From positions 33,482,001 to 33,546,000 of the forward strand of contig NC_087447.1 in the NCBI RefSeq assembly GCF_036321535.1: a DNA stretch of 64,000 nucleotides, given 5' to 3'. The translations under genes and the position numbers were made by a program. Below the pieces are notes generated by a model. The model saw only the letters and a program-made list of their open reading frames with translations. It searched no databases and was not told the DNA's origin. The stretch is from Camelus dromedarius (taxonomy: Eukaryota). This document shows, piece after piece, positions 63,130 through 64,000 of the stretch (its first letter is position 1; every line of letters starts with the position of its first letter).

Positions 63130-64000
63130 CACTTTCAAATATCTATCAACTTCTCTTAAAACAAAACAAAACAAAAGCCTCCCTAGACCCCAAGTCACCT
63201 TCCAGCAGCTGCTGCTTTTCATTGTTTCTCTTTACAACAAAACCTCTCAAAACACTTGCCTATACTTGCTGTCTCTGACTTCCTTACCTTCCTTTCTGTC
63301 TTAAACTTAACTCCTAACAAGCTTTTATCACAGCCACTTAGCAATGAGACTCCTCTAGTCAAGGCTAAGAAAAGATGTTTATCTTACCAAATCAACTGGA
63401 CAATTTTGGGTCCTCATCTCCTTCAATCCTCAGAAGCATGTGACCCAACCATTCACCACATTCTTCTTAAACATTTGGCATCCATTGCAAAACCCTCTGA
63501 GTCTTCCCTTTAAATTCCAAGTTGGTTCTTCTTGGTCCCTTTGCTGGTTCCTTCTCCTCCCAATTTTAATTGTTGACCCATGGATCAGTCTTTGTGTCTG
63601 CTGTCTAGACTCCCCTCCAAACACTCAATTTGAGTTTGTACTGGAATTATATGGAGGGCTTGTTAAAATAAATCACTGGACTCCACATCCAGAGTTTCTG
63701 ATTCAGTTAGTCTAGGGAGGAGCTTGAAAATCTGGATTCTAACAGCTCACCAGATGCTACTGCTGCTGCTGCTAGTCCAAAGATGACACTTTGAAAGCTG
63801 CTTCCCTAAATGATTTCATCACTTCTTTGGCCTAAAATACCACATTCATGCTGATGACACCCAGAAATATGACTCCAGCCCCACTTTTCCCCTTAACTCT
63901 GGACTTGTAGGACCCAGTGCCTCCTTACATCTCCTTGTGGACATCAAATAGGATCCTCAAACACAACATGACCTAATATGACTGAACGAAAGCAGTACCC
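63130..64000 (+). mobile_element. L2 fragment interrupted by MER5A
   Basis: ctttacaacaaaacctctcaaaa...tcctcatctccttcaatcctcagaagcatgtgac...atgctgatgacacccagaaatat..ctccagccc. Confidence 0.75.
63635..63805. mobile_element. MER5A (hAT-Charlie MITE)
   Basis: ggagggcttgttaaaata...ccagagtttctgattcagttagtctagg...ttctaacagctc.ccagatg...gctgctagtccaaagatgacactttgaaa. Confidence 0.8.

Larger units (their letters stand above)
22239..64000 (-). other. NELL1: NELL1 intron upstream of the exon (intron 2, partial)
   Basis: Ends at the AG acceptor (22240-22239). No sequence encoding the preceding NELL1 exon was found in the window, consistent with NELL1 having very long introns. Confidence 0.85.

Overview
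Mammalian genomic DNA, almost certainly camelid. It carries two Vic-1-like tRNA-derived SINEs and camelid-type young L1 3' ends, and I saw no Alu, BovB, PRE1 or CanSINE. The whole window lies inside the NELL1 gene on the minus strand. The only coding sequence I can support is one 151-bp internal exon (22088-22238, equivalent to human exon 3, N-terminal TSPN/laminin-G domain), which the ORF track misses. The rest is intron, rich in L1, L2, L3/CR1, MIR, MaLR LTR and DNA-transposon relics. The most interesting signals are: (1) a young 322-bp CpG-rich solo LTR with a perfect 5-bp TSD carrying NRF1, YY1, AP-1, TATA and poly(A) motifs, 13 kb upstream of the exon; (2) a 150-nt AG-free pyrimidine tract before the exon whose only plausible branch point is at about -143; (3) several unusual retrotransposition scars (short 3' transduction, tailless L1 fragment filling a deletion, L1 fold-back). 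I see no evidence for a new multi-gene system. Repeat subfamily names come from memory of consensus sequences, and old-repeat boundaries are approximate.
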